DNA of 64,000 bases, taken from contig OX597814.1 of the NCBI GenBank assembly GCA_951406725.2, positions 153,326,001 through 153,390,000 of the forward strand. The letters run 5' to 3'. A program made the translations under genes and the position numbers. This DNA comes from Octopus vulgaris (Eukaryota). The notes under the pieces are model-generated. The model was not told the origin of the DNA, searched no databases, and saw nothing but the letters and a program-made list of their open reading frames with translations. The stretch's first letter is position 1, and every line of letters begins with the position of its first letter. Shown here one piece after another: positions 51,928-64,000 of this stretch.

Positions 51928-52757
51928 TAGATATGAAACAAAAATAAGCTATACTCAGAGTGGTCAGTGGAAAAATACAACAAAAATTCTTGATTTATTG
52001 AAACTATTTCTGCTTCTGGAGGACATGTTATAATTAGTAAATGGCAATTGAATATAGCTTCATATGAGAAAGGAAGCTAATCTCAAGAATTTCTCTAAAG
52101 ATGACATGTTACTGATGGAAAAAGAGGACAGTTGTGGATATGTGTTTCTGTCTTAATAGGCATCATCAGTATGGTTATTGCCCTACCATACTCCACAGGC
52201 AAAGAATTTAAACAAAAATTTATACACTAAACATGGTCCCTTTCCCCCCAACCCCACCAGCACCAACAATGATAAAACCTCTGGTATCATATATCTTCAC
52301 ATGCTATAAAAAGCTGAATTCTTCATTTGTAATGGACTGTTTCATTTCCTGAAGAATTTTGAGGATGCAATGATATATTCCATTGAGAAGTGTTAAAGCA
52401 AGCTGTTGTGTCTACATTCCTTCAGTTTTGAAAAAGTCCACTCAACAAATGCTTATGTATATGTCAAAAATGATGACTACCATTGATAGTATTTTAAACG
52501 CAATTTTGAATAATACATAGATAGTTTTACATGGTTATTAAATGTTGATAATAGTATAAAACATATGGTTGTTAATCAAGAGACTTCAGTCCTGATTGTC
52601 TCTTTCTCCGGTATTTTTTTGTTTTTGAAATTACATGTTTATACACCTCATAAAATCATACACATGTACAAAAACCTAAACTTTCAGCCATTAATAAATT
52701 ACTTTCTCAAATTCATAACCAACCTTAATTGACAAAAACAAAAGGAAGTCTACTTAC

Positions 52758-52817
52758 CTCAATTGCATATTGGGCCATTAAAGAAATATCTCTTTCATCT
52801 AGCAGTGCATATTTGGA
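52758..52817 (-). CDS. ZMYND19: Internal 60-bp coding exon (exon 2 equivalent) of zinc finger MYND domain protein 19
   Basis: Minus strand reads ttttttctttaatttcag|TCCAAATAT...GCAATTGAG|gtaagta (canonical acceptor and donor). Only frame 0 is open: SKYALLDERDISLMAQYAIE. It aligns without gaps to [20 protein letters not shown] of human ZMYND19 as I recall it, which I recall as a 20-codon phase-0 exon after MTDFKLGIVRLGRVAGK. Confidence 0.85.
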
Positions 52818-54649
52818 CTGAAATTAAAGAAAAAACAGATTGAAATTAATTTACTATAAAAGCCTTGCAAATTCAATATTAGCTTTGAAACAAATTTTCC
52901 TTTAATTATACTGATACAAAAATCAAACTAATTCAACATTTTGGAACATTTAGAGAAAACTTCAAGAAACTATAAGAAATAAGAATAAACCAAAAAGTTT
53001 CTTCACTTACATCCGGTTTCCATGGAGAAATGAAAGCAAAATAACTGACTGGACAAAATATTTGACAACTAGCTTAGAGATCCTAAGTTCGTATTAGCTG
53101 CAAATCTTTCTCTGGGTTAGACATGACTATAGAAGTAACTGCAGTGTATAAGGCACCAGATTTTCTGGGAGCGATTATCTATTTAATGCTACAGAATCTG
53201 GTACAAAACATTAGATTATATTCCTCCTCTCAGTTCATAGAGACATCATTGCTCATTATTTAAATGCTAGCATAAGCTGTGCAACTGTAAATTAAGACAT
53301 TCACATATATTGTTGGATGCATTTTAACAGCTAGATTTTAAAAACAACAACGGTTGCTGCCAATGCCATTGGTTAGAAGATTACCACCTAGACTAGACTG
53401 CCTGTCTGTCCACATACACACATCACAGACAGTATAGTAAAGGTGATTATGTGTATATGGAGAGAGAGAGATTTTACTGTTTAGTCAGGAAAAGAAGGGC
53501 AATAACTATATCTCCTACCATCATTTGCTTCTGGGTCTGGAAGTGGAAACCTGATCTAAATGCTTGCAACAGAATGATCACCACTTAAGACATCCAAAGA
53601 TCAGATGGGGATATTAAAATAATATACAAATGGTATTTTCTCAATCAAACTGGTATTCACAACATCTATGCTACATGTGTATGTGTGTACACACACATAT
53701 GCATGCCTGCGTTTAGTTCACACACGCACCAAGTACAGAAAACCCAATAACTGAACAACTACCATACTAGTTTACCATGAGTACAGTGTTAGAATTATTT
53801 CATATTACAAACTATAAATAATTAAAAAAATGTTATATAGTCATCAGAGCTTGCTAGGAAATGTGAAAAACAATAAAAGGAGAGAATGAACAAGATTATT
53901 TCCACTTGGCAGTTTCTAACAAATCAAAAATTTACTTGTTAATTATCTCCAAAAAGATAATTAACATTTTCATATAGGCTTATAACTTAAAACAAAATTG
54001 AAAACATTATAAAGATCTTTAGAGAGAAGTGGCAAAAGTAAAACAGTTTGTTTCAGATGCCACCTGTTCAAATCAAAAAAACATTGTTGTTCGGAATAAT
54101 AATTATAATAGATTCACTTGAGAAAGTACTTGAGCAGTAGATATGAAAACAAAAACAAGATTTGGATAATGCTCCAATGAAGGAGGAATATTTATAGTTA
54201 AAATTAAAAGCAGGCTTTCATTAGCATCCTCTTAACTGCTGCTTCTTTTGTTACAGATGATTGAGTATTCATTCACAGACAAAGAGAAAAAAAAGCTCCC
54301 CAAAAACACATAACCAAACAAAACAAAGAACTTCATGGTCACACTCCACCTATTTCTACAAAGGAATTTTACTGAAACAGATTATAGGAAATAATTGAAG
54401 TTTGGAAAGAAATAACTTACAACAATGTAAGACTATAATTAGATATTAATTTCCATCATTATCTAAATTTACCATACATGATAATAAGAATCTAATATCA
54501 CAAAGCATAATTTTATTCCTATGAAATTGCCTGTATGACTTAAATTCTTTGTATAGTTTGTAGTAATCAGCTCTATACTGAAATTTAACTAAATCTTATA
54601 TTGCCAGTTGACTTTTTTTTTTACGTGTTCACTATCTTGTTAGATGGTG

Positions 54650-54815
54650 AATCATTAGGCAGCCTGTTGGTAAAGGTTGTATCAGATGGATTGTTTTGCA
54701 GTAATTATTCTAGCTCATTGATATCTAATCCTGCCAAGGTCAACTTTACGTTTCACTCTTTCAAAGTCAATAAATAAAATACAAGCCAAGCACTGGAGGT
54801 GATTCTCCTTTTCCT
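54650..54815 (+). mobile_element. SINE D, degenerate
   Basis: aatcctgccaaggtcaactttacgtttcactctttc...aataaataaaatac. Confidence 0.6.
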
Positions 54816-56287
54816 CAAACTATTATTTAAAAAAAATTATCCTGTTTCTTTCCCTCCTTCTAAAACAGATCAACTATGGTCAGACCTGCAGAAGAATAGA
54901 CTCCCCCAGTCATGCCATATATCATGACAATGCTGATACAATTCCATCAAAAACTTAAGAGTCCATGGTGTGACACGGAATTTTAATTATTTTGTATGTA
55001 GGGGCTACAAAATAAAAAAAACCCACATGTATTGCCTTTAGTTATTCTGAAGACAAAGACCATGTACCGAGTATTTTAGTGGGTTCTACTAGACATTCCT
55101 GGGGAAACATCTAAAATACAAAAGATGACAATCTTGAAGATGATGAGTAACAAGAAACTGACAGATATTCTTCTTGTTAATGATTATTTTTCATGCACAA
55201 TTCAAGTTTTTGGCAAGAGGACAAATTCTATCACTCTTCTACTTTGCAAGATTATAGCAAATCTTTGTGTTAGCATATATGATTGGCAAGGAAACTAGTA
55301 AACAGCACACCTGCTTTGGGCAGTTTGACAACCTGATAATCAGAGTGACAAGAGCCAATTATATAAAGAAGGTAGGTGCTAAAGAAATAAATCAATATCA
55401 TACCTAATCAAGCAGGAAATACACAAACTTTTTTTTAATATACATTCCAAGAGAAGTTAAAAGATATTAAGTGGAGAGTATAACAAGAAAATCCTTTGGA
55501 ATGTTGTTTCTGATACCAAATTAGTTCCTTAGAAATTATAAAAACTTAGAAAGACAGTGTACGGAATAAAAAGATATATAACCCCCCCCCCTCCCCAGAA
55601 AACCAAGATCTCTTAGAGCTATTTTACATTCTCATGTATGAAGTTACCTTTGCAAAGTGAAAATTTAAGCAAAACAGAAATAGATAAGCTCTTAAAAATA
55701 AAAAGTATCAAACAAAAAGTATGCATATATCTTCAAGATTTCTCTGCCAGCCAATTAAAACATTCTTCACTTTAGTGCTTAGATGCTATCAAGGGTTTTT
55801 TGTAAAAATATTAACAGCAAAAATAGCTTAAGATTTGTAGCAAATGCAATACTTCTAAATGAATGCAGAAAAAAAGAGAATTTATTAAGGATTGTAAGTT
55901 CTTGGTGGGATTTTAAATATAGATTTTTAGATTTTTTTTAATTCAAGGATAAAATAAAAAAACAAATCAAGAATTATATTTGCATATTTTCAAAATATAA
56001 ACAAAAATTCAAATATTTTCACTGAGCATTATCAATTTTCTTACATAGCAAGCTAAATACACCATCCATTTTAATACCATCACCTAGATTTTGGGTGCGT
56101 TTCCTAAAGTTCACTCTTATGTATATATATATTTAGTTAGACTAGACCCAGTCCCCTCTCTGTTTACTTTTTCCTTTCAGACATTAGACCACCTCCCACT
56201 CCCAAATTCTCCCAGTTAATTGCAGGGATTTATTCCCTATCCTTTTTCTGTTATGCAACTTATTTGGCAACCCTTCTAGTGCTGGTG

Positions 56288-56321
<34 letters not shown>

Positions 56322-56997
56322 AACCCATACTAACACACTGTAAAGTGGATTAAGTGTTCTTCAACTAGAGTGGAAATAACCTATTTAAAACTTAATCTTA
56401 ATCACCATTTTAATGCCCATATATCTTACATTGTAAGCAGAAGAACACTTTTTTCTTAGAAAAGATATCCAACCATACATGTTCATCCCAGTACATACAC
56501 TTCCCCTTCATAAATCAGACTGTTTTTTTTTTTTGTTATTTCTATTAATAGTGCATTCAGGAGGAAGTGCAATATTGATGTCCTTCGTTGGTCCTATGAG
56601 GGTGATGGGATTGATGAAGATGATGTTTGGTTTGAACATTTGTAAGTTAACACCTACAGGAAAAAAAGTAGATGAGGAAAGGGCTGAGACTCAGGGGAGA
56701 AAGAATCCAGAAAAAGTGGTTAGTTTTGGATGATGTGAGATAGAGATATCTATTACTTGAGAGAAAACAAAAACAAAAAATAAAAAATAAAAACAGCAGA
56801 AGAAAGGCCGTGTAGTCTGAAATAAACATAACTCTGTTTAATCAGTGATCTGGGGATAAACAATAACTCAGTTTTCATGTCACATGTGACTGGTACACAC
56901 CTTTTCATAAATAGTCTATTTTTCTAAACCAAACTCATATCAAGAATATAATTCTTCCAACTATTTATCCCACTTTTAAAGATAAAACATCTATTTT

Positions 56998-57318
56998 ATA
57001 TTCTGTTGTGTTTGGGGAGAGTCATTTCCTTTTTGTGCCTTATAATGTAACATACTCACCGGTAAAATTTCCATTTATTTAAATTTTTATTTTCCTAAAA
57101 TGTTCGTTGTGTCTTGCAACCTTTTCAATAGTCTTTTTATTTTCCTAAAATTTCCGTTGCATCTTGCAACCTTTTCAATAGTCAAGACTATTGAAAAGGT
57201 TGCAAGATGCAATGAAAATTTTAGGAAAATAAAAATAATAAGTGGAAATTTTACCGGTGAGTGTGTTACATTATAAGGCACAAAAAGAAAATGACTCTCC
57301 CCAGACACAACAGAATAT
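56998..57318. mobile_element. Fold-back (palindromic) element with hammerhead-like motifs
   Basis: Near-perfect palindrome centred on 57184-57185. The left arm carries a 50-bp tandem duplication (57084-57133, 57134-57183). Confidence 0.9.
57188..57224 (+). ncRNA. Minimal type I hammerhead-like motif, U3-A8 variant
   Basis: cta-TTGAAAA-g-gttgc(aagat)gcaat-GAA-aatt-T-tag. Two further copies lie on the minus strand at 57095-57131 and 57145-57181. Confidence 0.55.
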
Positions 57319-57552
57319 GCTTCAACACACAAACTCATATAAAGAATCTTGCAAACCAAATCCAAAAACAAAATCTATTTTATATTTATATTTTCAATTT
57401 CTATCAGTTTGATTACTGGTTGACATCAAGCATTTTTTCTTGGCTGCGTATATAGTACAAGACTGGATTAGAAGAATAATATACCCCACCTGATGGTGAA
57501 CAAAGATGAAGCCAATCAAAATGAAGAGTAGATTATTTTTATTTTTATAAAT

Positions 57553-57753
57553 ATTGGTTTCAAATTTTGGCATAAGGCCAGCAATTTTTGGGGAGAGGCT
57601 AAGTTCATTAAATCAACTCCAGTGCTCAACTGGTACTTGTTTAGTCTACCCCAAGAGGATGAAAGGCAAAGTAGACCCTGGCAGCATTTGAACTTAGAAC
57701 ATAAAGTCATAAGAAATACTGCTAAGCAGTAACAACTCTGCCAGCTCACCAAC
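57553..57753 (-). mobile_element. SINE D
   Basis: Colinear with 6652-6865. Confidence 0.8.
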
Positions 57754-58014
57754 TTAATGTAGATATAAACGTTAAAAATAATATTCATATGTAACAATCA
57801 AGTTAATAGTCCGAGCAATTATAATCATATTAACAATTCTTCAACTTAGACACTTAGCCAATTAATGATCTAATTAACATTTAACTCAGATTTTTATCAA
57901 CAGCAGTTCCACTGTCTGCATCTTAATGCAGGTGATCAGGAGGAAATTGGTTTTCTAAGCTGACTGGGAACACACACACAACTCTACACTAACTCACCAA
58001 AATTATTTACATGA

Positions 58015-58237
58015 ACTCTATGTGGTTACTAAATGTAGTAGAAATAGCAGCCAATCCCTCTCAGATCATACTCCAAAATACCATAAAAATAGGAAACATG
58101 TCTATCCAGGATAACACTCATGTATACACTACTCCTTAAAAATATGAAAGAAAAAAAAAGAGAGAGGACAGTCATGTTTTGAATGTTTTTGATCAAAGGT
58201 CTATCCAGTCATGGTTGACCTAGGGTTAAACAACAAC
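58015..58237 (+). mobile_element. Repeat family F
   Basis: Similar to 18655-18855. Confidence 0.6.
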
Positions 58238-59338
58238 TTGACTAAACTTATTGATTACATTTAAAGTTGTGTGTACTAATCTACAGATGTTCCCAGCAGG
58301 AAACATCTGTAAGAAAAAAAAGTCACAGCTAAATAACTAATCAGGTAATTTTAATGATGCCATTGAGATTTTACTGTTATTGTTCATAAGTTGGAAGTGA
58401 ATTTAAAAGAAAAAAAAAACAAAAACAAAAATGAATTCTATGATTAATAAAAACTGGTGTCATTAAAATCAATTTACTGGAAAAAAAAATTTTTTTGATA
58501 TCTAAAAATAATAATCATTTCTAACATTTTCTAATATTGATTTTTAGAATAATAACAATATGTAAGACAGAAACTGTTGAAAACTTAAAAAAATATACAT
58601 ACAATACAAAGAAAGCTATTTTCTTGCATTGTCATTTTTTTTTGTAAAATTCTTTTGAGAAAGTAAACATCTCCTGTTTATCTTTTATTGCCATAGAAGA
58701 TATAAAAGCTATCCTAGTTAGAACAAGTTTAAAATATCCATAAATCATAGTTTTAGGTATAATACTTGAAAAAAAAAAAATGAAAATAAAAAAAAAATGT
58801 GATGCATTTTAACAGTTTTTAAAAGAGGCCTTATGAATTGCTGAGTAGAAGACAGAGCTGTCTTTGTCTGTAAAAGACACATTTTTATTTAAGAGAATTG
58901 ATATATATATATCAATATATATATATATATATAAAACACAAAACCAAACAGAAAAATATAGCTATTTCTCTCTGCTTTGCATTTTTTTGTCAAAATATAG
59001 TCTTCAATATTTGAAACAGATAAAATAAAAACTATGTCACAGATGTCCATCATAGTTCCATTCACAGAATAATACTTGAGAAAAATTTCTTCAATTTTAT
59101 TATTATTTTTTTTTAACAAACTAGCAAACACAAATTATTCTATTTTATTTATGCTGCTAAGTGAATGACAGTCTTAACCCATGGCTTTCTGAAAGTTCAT
59201 GTTACTAAAACAGAAATATTACACATCTGCTCAAAATGTTCCACTTATTACTTAACAATAAAGATAAAGAGAGGAAGCAAATGAAATAAAAATGTTCTCC
59301 ACACTATACATACTAATGGATGATGAAATTGTTTTTAA

Positions 59339-59530
59339 CCCTTTAGCATTAAAATTCCTTTCTCAAATGTAATGATCATTTATTCACATTGTTTTGAATT
59401 AATTATGCATTATCTTTAGCTTTGAGATTTCAATGATGTAATTATTTATTTTTAGAATGACATTGTAGGGTAAGTATGAGAGGCTGGATCTGACAGGTTT
59501 CAACATGAAACAAGTAGAATATTTGGTCCC
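59339..59530. mobile_element. piggyBac-type MITE family 2, right end lost
   Basis: ttaa-CCCTTTAGCATT start. The body matches 15040-15150. Confidence 0.7.
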
Positions 59531-59673
59531 CTCTAAACTGTGTGAGAAATTAATTTAGCAAAATCAACTTCAATGGATTTATAAAAATGCATAGTATAGA
59601 TATTAATATACCAAACAAACATACAAGGGCCTGTTTTTTTCTGATTTGGATTCTAAGTTGACTATGCACGCAT

Positions 59674-59719
<46 letters not shown>

Positions 59720-59726
<7 letters not shown>

Positions 59727-59876
59727 TGATGAGTTACTTTCAATTTCCATCTACCAAATCCACTCACAAGGCTTTGGTTGGCCCAAGGCTATAGTAGAAG
59801 ACACTTGCCGAAGGACTGAACCTGGAACCATGTGGTTGGGAAGCAAGCTTTTTACCACACAGCTAAGCCTGCACCT
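59720..59876 (-). mobile_element. SINE A 5' half next to (CA)n
   Basis: aaatccactcacaaggctttggttggcccaaggctatagtagaagacacttgcc. Confidence 0.85.
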
Positions 59877-60039
59877 AAGAATTGAAAAATCATTTTTTGC
59901 TTCTGGAAAGCTTTACAAGAAATATAATATAGTCATGTCCAAAAGTCTAACTTAAACTAAATATGTCCACCCATTACATTATTCTCTCTCATAAAGATGC
60001 CTCATATATACATGCATATATATATATGTGTGTGTGTGT

Positions 60040-60620
60040 GCGTATATGTGGGTACAGGACATCACAAAACGTGTACAACAAAAAATACGACGTATGAGTA
60101 CATGGAATATGAACTATTTTTTCGAACAACGAAAGACACAAATGGAAAACCAGACAAACAATATAAAGAATGATCCTTCATCAGTTGTTGGCTGTTTATC
60201 TACTCTTGTATTTCAAGCATTTAACAACAATATATACTTTCGATAAAACAGTTGCCCTCGCAAAGCAAATTAAATCAAATTTAAGATTTGCGGAGGGTCA
60301 AAATTCGTAACACAAACAGGACAGTGAAAACAAACAGGAAGGACTGCTAAGCCTGCACAAAGTTGTATTGGTGAATGTGTAAATCAAGCTTGAACAGGAG
60401 ACAGACAAGAACATGTCTTCCTTGATTCAGCTACAACGGAGAGAAAAAACTGAAACACAAGTGAGGAGAAGAAAGATGGCCGATGGTCACGTGGGAGCCA
60501 CGTGAGCAAGGGTGGAAGAATGAGGGAGAGAGAATGACAAACAGAGAACTATGAAGGGAGGAGGAAAAAATTGGAGATAGGATGTGAGAAAAAAACAGGA
60601 GGGGGGAGAAGGGGAGGTAG
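60040..60620 (-). mobile_element. Second copy of the 51180-51660 repeat
   Basis: aaacaggacagtgaaaacaaacaggaagg.ctgctaagcct and ccttcatcagttg are reverse complements of the 51.4-51.6 kb motifs. Confidence 0.75.
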
Positions 60621-61807
60621 AAGAATAAGAGAAAGGAAGAGAAAAATGAAAGAGTAATAGGATAGAATGGGAGCCACATGAGCACATTATACACACATAC
60701 ACACACACACACTAATAAGTAAAGAGTTCTAGAACTTTATCGTGTTTAGAATGCTAAAGCAAAAGAAACAAGCTGACACTAAGACTATAAAAATGATGAT
60801 GAGGTGTTTCTATAGGATAGACACTAACAAGCCTCTTTCACTTCTTCTCCTCTTAATAATACAGCTGACAGTTTGTACAAACCTGGTGCAGCAGAGCAAC
60901 AGAGAGGATGAGGAAGGCATAAGCTGCTGTTTTGTAAACTGACTAGGTTTATTCAACAGCAGGAAAATAGGATCGATACAGATATCATCAGCCAGTCTAG
61001 TATTTATCTAGCTACACCAGGTTTCCAGCTGAATGGAACAAAAGTCTGTTACTGCTGTAGACAGGAATCGACCAGACATGCAATAAACAGTAGGATCCAA
61101 GTAAAGCTAGAAGAAATGAAGAAAGCAGAATGCTAGAGAACCGATAACAGATGGCTCTAATGAAACTCCTCAAATTCTTCTTTGGTTTGAAATATTAACA
61201 AGAAAATGAAAACTAAAAATGAATTTGGTAATCAGGAAACTTGTGAAAAGAACGGTCTATTTTACCAATTTTTTTTTTTCTTTTTCCATGTATATATTAA
61301 GCCTCATACTACAGTAAATAATGAAATTTTGAGCTCAAATATTTAGGAAATAAGATATTAGATCTATGGTTTAAAAAAAAAAATGAAGAACAGAAATCAT
61401 TTTGAAGTAAAATTTATAACATTGTCTGAGTTTCTCTAAAAGGTTTCATGTATTCATATACAGAAGAATATTTTAAAAGCACATTTTATTTAATAAAAAT
61501 CCCCCCACCTCCCTTTCAAAAAGTAAAACCTTAAAAATTCTTAATTCTATTTTTTCACTTCTTTCTTTCTTTAATTTTAAAAATAATGAAGAAAAGATTC
61601 TGTTAATAACATTAAGGTATGTAAAAATAATAAACACCGAACCAACTTTATTTTATATTTACTTAGATATTAATGCCTATGAGCAAATCTTCAAATATCT
61701 TTTGCCATCCTAATAATGTTATTATGCTCAGTAATCAACTTTATTTCATAATAATAGCTGCCTGAAGCAAGATAAATTCCTTGGTTTAGACATAATTTTT
61801 AGTTTCA

Positions 61808-62288
61808 CACATACATATATATATATATATACATACACATACATATATGTATACACACACACATATATATACATACACATATATATATATATACATACAC
61901 ATACATATATATACATACACATACATATATGTATACACACACACACACATATATATACATACACATATATATATATATACATACACATACATATATGTAT
62001 ACATACACATACATATATGTATACACACACACACACATATATATACACACACACACACACACATATATATACATACACATATATATATATATACATACAC
62101 ATACATATATATACACATACACATACATATATATACATACACATACATATATATACATACACATACATATATGTATACACACACACATATATACATACAC
62201 ATACATATATGTATACACACACACATATATACATACACATACATATATGTATACACACACACATATATACATACACATACATATACAC

Positions 62289-62319
<31 letters not shown>

Positions 62320-62360
62320 TATATATATATGCAAATATATATAAACACACACATACACAC
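61808..62360. repeat. Compound (TA/CA) minisatellite with higher-order units
   Basis: Recurrent catacacatacatatatgtatacacacac blocks. Confidence 0.95.
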
Positions 62361-63094
62361 ACTCTTTGCAAAATTAAAGTCTCAATATGAAACAAACTAA
62401 TAATTAATTGTATTATTGTTTTAATTAAAATTTACTGAAAGGACTTTTTATGACTATTATTTATTTGTTCAAAAACCACATTTAGCAGAAAGCAGAATTA
62501 TATAATAAGAAGGAAGGTGCAGTGAAAACAAAAGTAAACAGAGGAGGGGGAGGAGTAGCAAAATCAATACTCTAACATAGTAATATGATTATCTTTAGAA
62601 GAGATTAGAGAATTTTTCAAAAAAAAAAAAAAAAATTAAAAATAAATAAATAAAAATGTAAAATGAATGAACAAAATATCTTTCTTAAAACAATTATTAA
62701 TTCCACAGCCAATTAGCTTTCAGTGAAATATTGATCATGTACTAGGACTAGTTAGGCAACAAACCACAATTTGATTCTGTCTAACAAAGATAAACAATAA
62801 CCAAGCGGAGAAGTTTTGAACTAAAAATTTCACTTGAGCAAGCAAATAGCTATCTTTTAGTGCTTTGTTCATTTAAGATATATATATATTGTTGCTTACA
62901 CATGCAAAACACATTAGAGAAGAATGTAAGAAATTCCAATTTCCCTAAATAATCACACCATAAAAAGTATTTGGAGGGAGAGAGGGAGAGGAATTATTTT
63001 AGAAGGAATTATGAACAAGTATAAAAAAACAAAAAAAAAGAAAACCTATACCTGTCACTCACAAGTAAACATGACCTAGTAATATGTACCACAT

Positions 63095-63382
63095 TTATGT
63101 TGATTGTTTTTATGGCACCAATGAAGCTATGGAGCAGATATGGACACATGGACACCCTTGCAGTTCTCCCACCCATGACCCAGCGGAACATACAGATGGG
63201 ACAACTGGAGGGAGAGATGGTTGCATCAACACTCAGCTGGTACTCATTTCAGCTGAGTAGACGAAAACACAGTGAAATGATGTTTTTTACTCTAAACATA
63301 ACACGCTTCCTGGTCCAAGAATTGAACCCATGACGTTATGATTATGAAACCGACACCCTAACCACATAGCTACACATCTTCA
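63095..63382 (-). mobile_element. tRNA-derived SINE with CORE-like central domain (distinct family)
   Basis: Minus-strand tagctatgtggttagggtg (A-box-like) and gggttcaattc (B-box-like), followed by ctactcagctgaaatgagtacc. Confidence 0.7.
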
Positions 63383-63867
63383 CATTAGGAAGAGATAAGA
63401 AGTTAAAGCAGAAACACTTAGATTTATTACTAATCAACTTTTGTCATTTTATTTTTATTAATTTGTTTACACATTAGTACTAATACTCTATTACTGTGGT
63501 GGTACCTTCATAGGTTTTAGTTGTTGATAATGACCCCAGTACATATTTCAGCCAGATACTATCAATCTCTATAGAATTATATTACATTTATTTTTATCTA
63601 CTAGTTCTCAAAGAAGACTTTTGCAGGCTAAGACTGGTGAGATGGAAGCTTTTAATGTTCCACTCAAACTGTTGGAACCCAACACACTGTTCCACAGCAA
63701 CACACACATGACAAACTCCTGCACAGTTTCTACTCATCAAAATTGATCCACAAAGTAATGCTCAACTTGAGACTAGAGTAGAGAACATGACAAACAGCAG
63801 AATCAAACAGGGAAACACATGTAGTTTATATGTGAGAGATTTATTTTTCAGTTAAAATATAAAGAAA

Positions 63868-64000
63868 CTAGCAGTACTGCCCGGCGTTGTTAGAATTGGA
63901 ATTTTTGAAAAGTAAAAATTTTGCATTATGTAGCTTGTTATTCTCTTTAAGTGAACATTTTTCTGGTTGAAATTCACCGAAAAATGGCAACACGGCAGTC
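63868..64000 (-). mobile_element. Helitron-like 3' terminus (element continues beyond the window)
   Basis: Minus strand ends caacgccgggcagtactgCTAG|t: a GC-rich hairpin remnant just before a CTAG end followed by T. Confidence 0.5.

Noticed and set aside
58282-58311. Small hairpin tacagatgtt...aacatctgta
   Set aside because: Short enough to arise by chance or from MITE decay, with no other support.
61746-62400. Long ORFs in all frames (YIYT/VCVY-rich), likewise at 51365-52033, 46401-46718 and 15414-15697
   Set aside because: Stop-free translations of TA/CA/GA microsatellites with no coding complexity.

Overview
AT-rich eukaryotic DNA, most likely octopus (inferred from its dense tRNA-derived SINE families, RTE 3' ends with (GAT)n tails and TA/CA/GA microsatellites). 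The window is almost entirely intronic. The only protein-coding signal I can support is a 60-bp phase-0 exon on the minus strand (52758-52817, SKYALLDERDISLMAQYAIE) that matches exon 2 of ZMYND19. I found no neighbouring exons, which implies very long flanking introns. The rest is layered mobile DNA: several SINE families, RTE and CR1/Jockey-like LINE remnants, piggyBac-, hAT- and mariner-type MITEs, a decayed maT-like (DD37D) transposon, a Helitron-like end and Penelope-like fragments. The notable observations are: (i) short Penelope-like elements with minimal type I hammerhead-ribozyme folds, including a fold-back element with three U3-A8 variant motifs; (ii) a duplication-inversion-duplication scar at 15.8-17.4 kb; (iii) a ~1.05-kb fold-back transposon with a 4-bp TSD nested in a SINE; (iv) several nested insertions and micro-rearrangements. 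Family labels A, C, D, E and F are my own working names. Repeat boundaries were read by eye and are approximate unless TSDs or TIRs are given. Nearly all ORFs in the supplied track are spurious.
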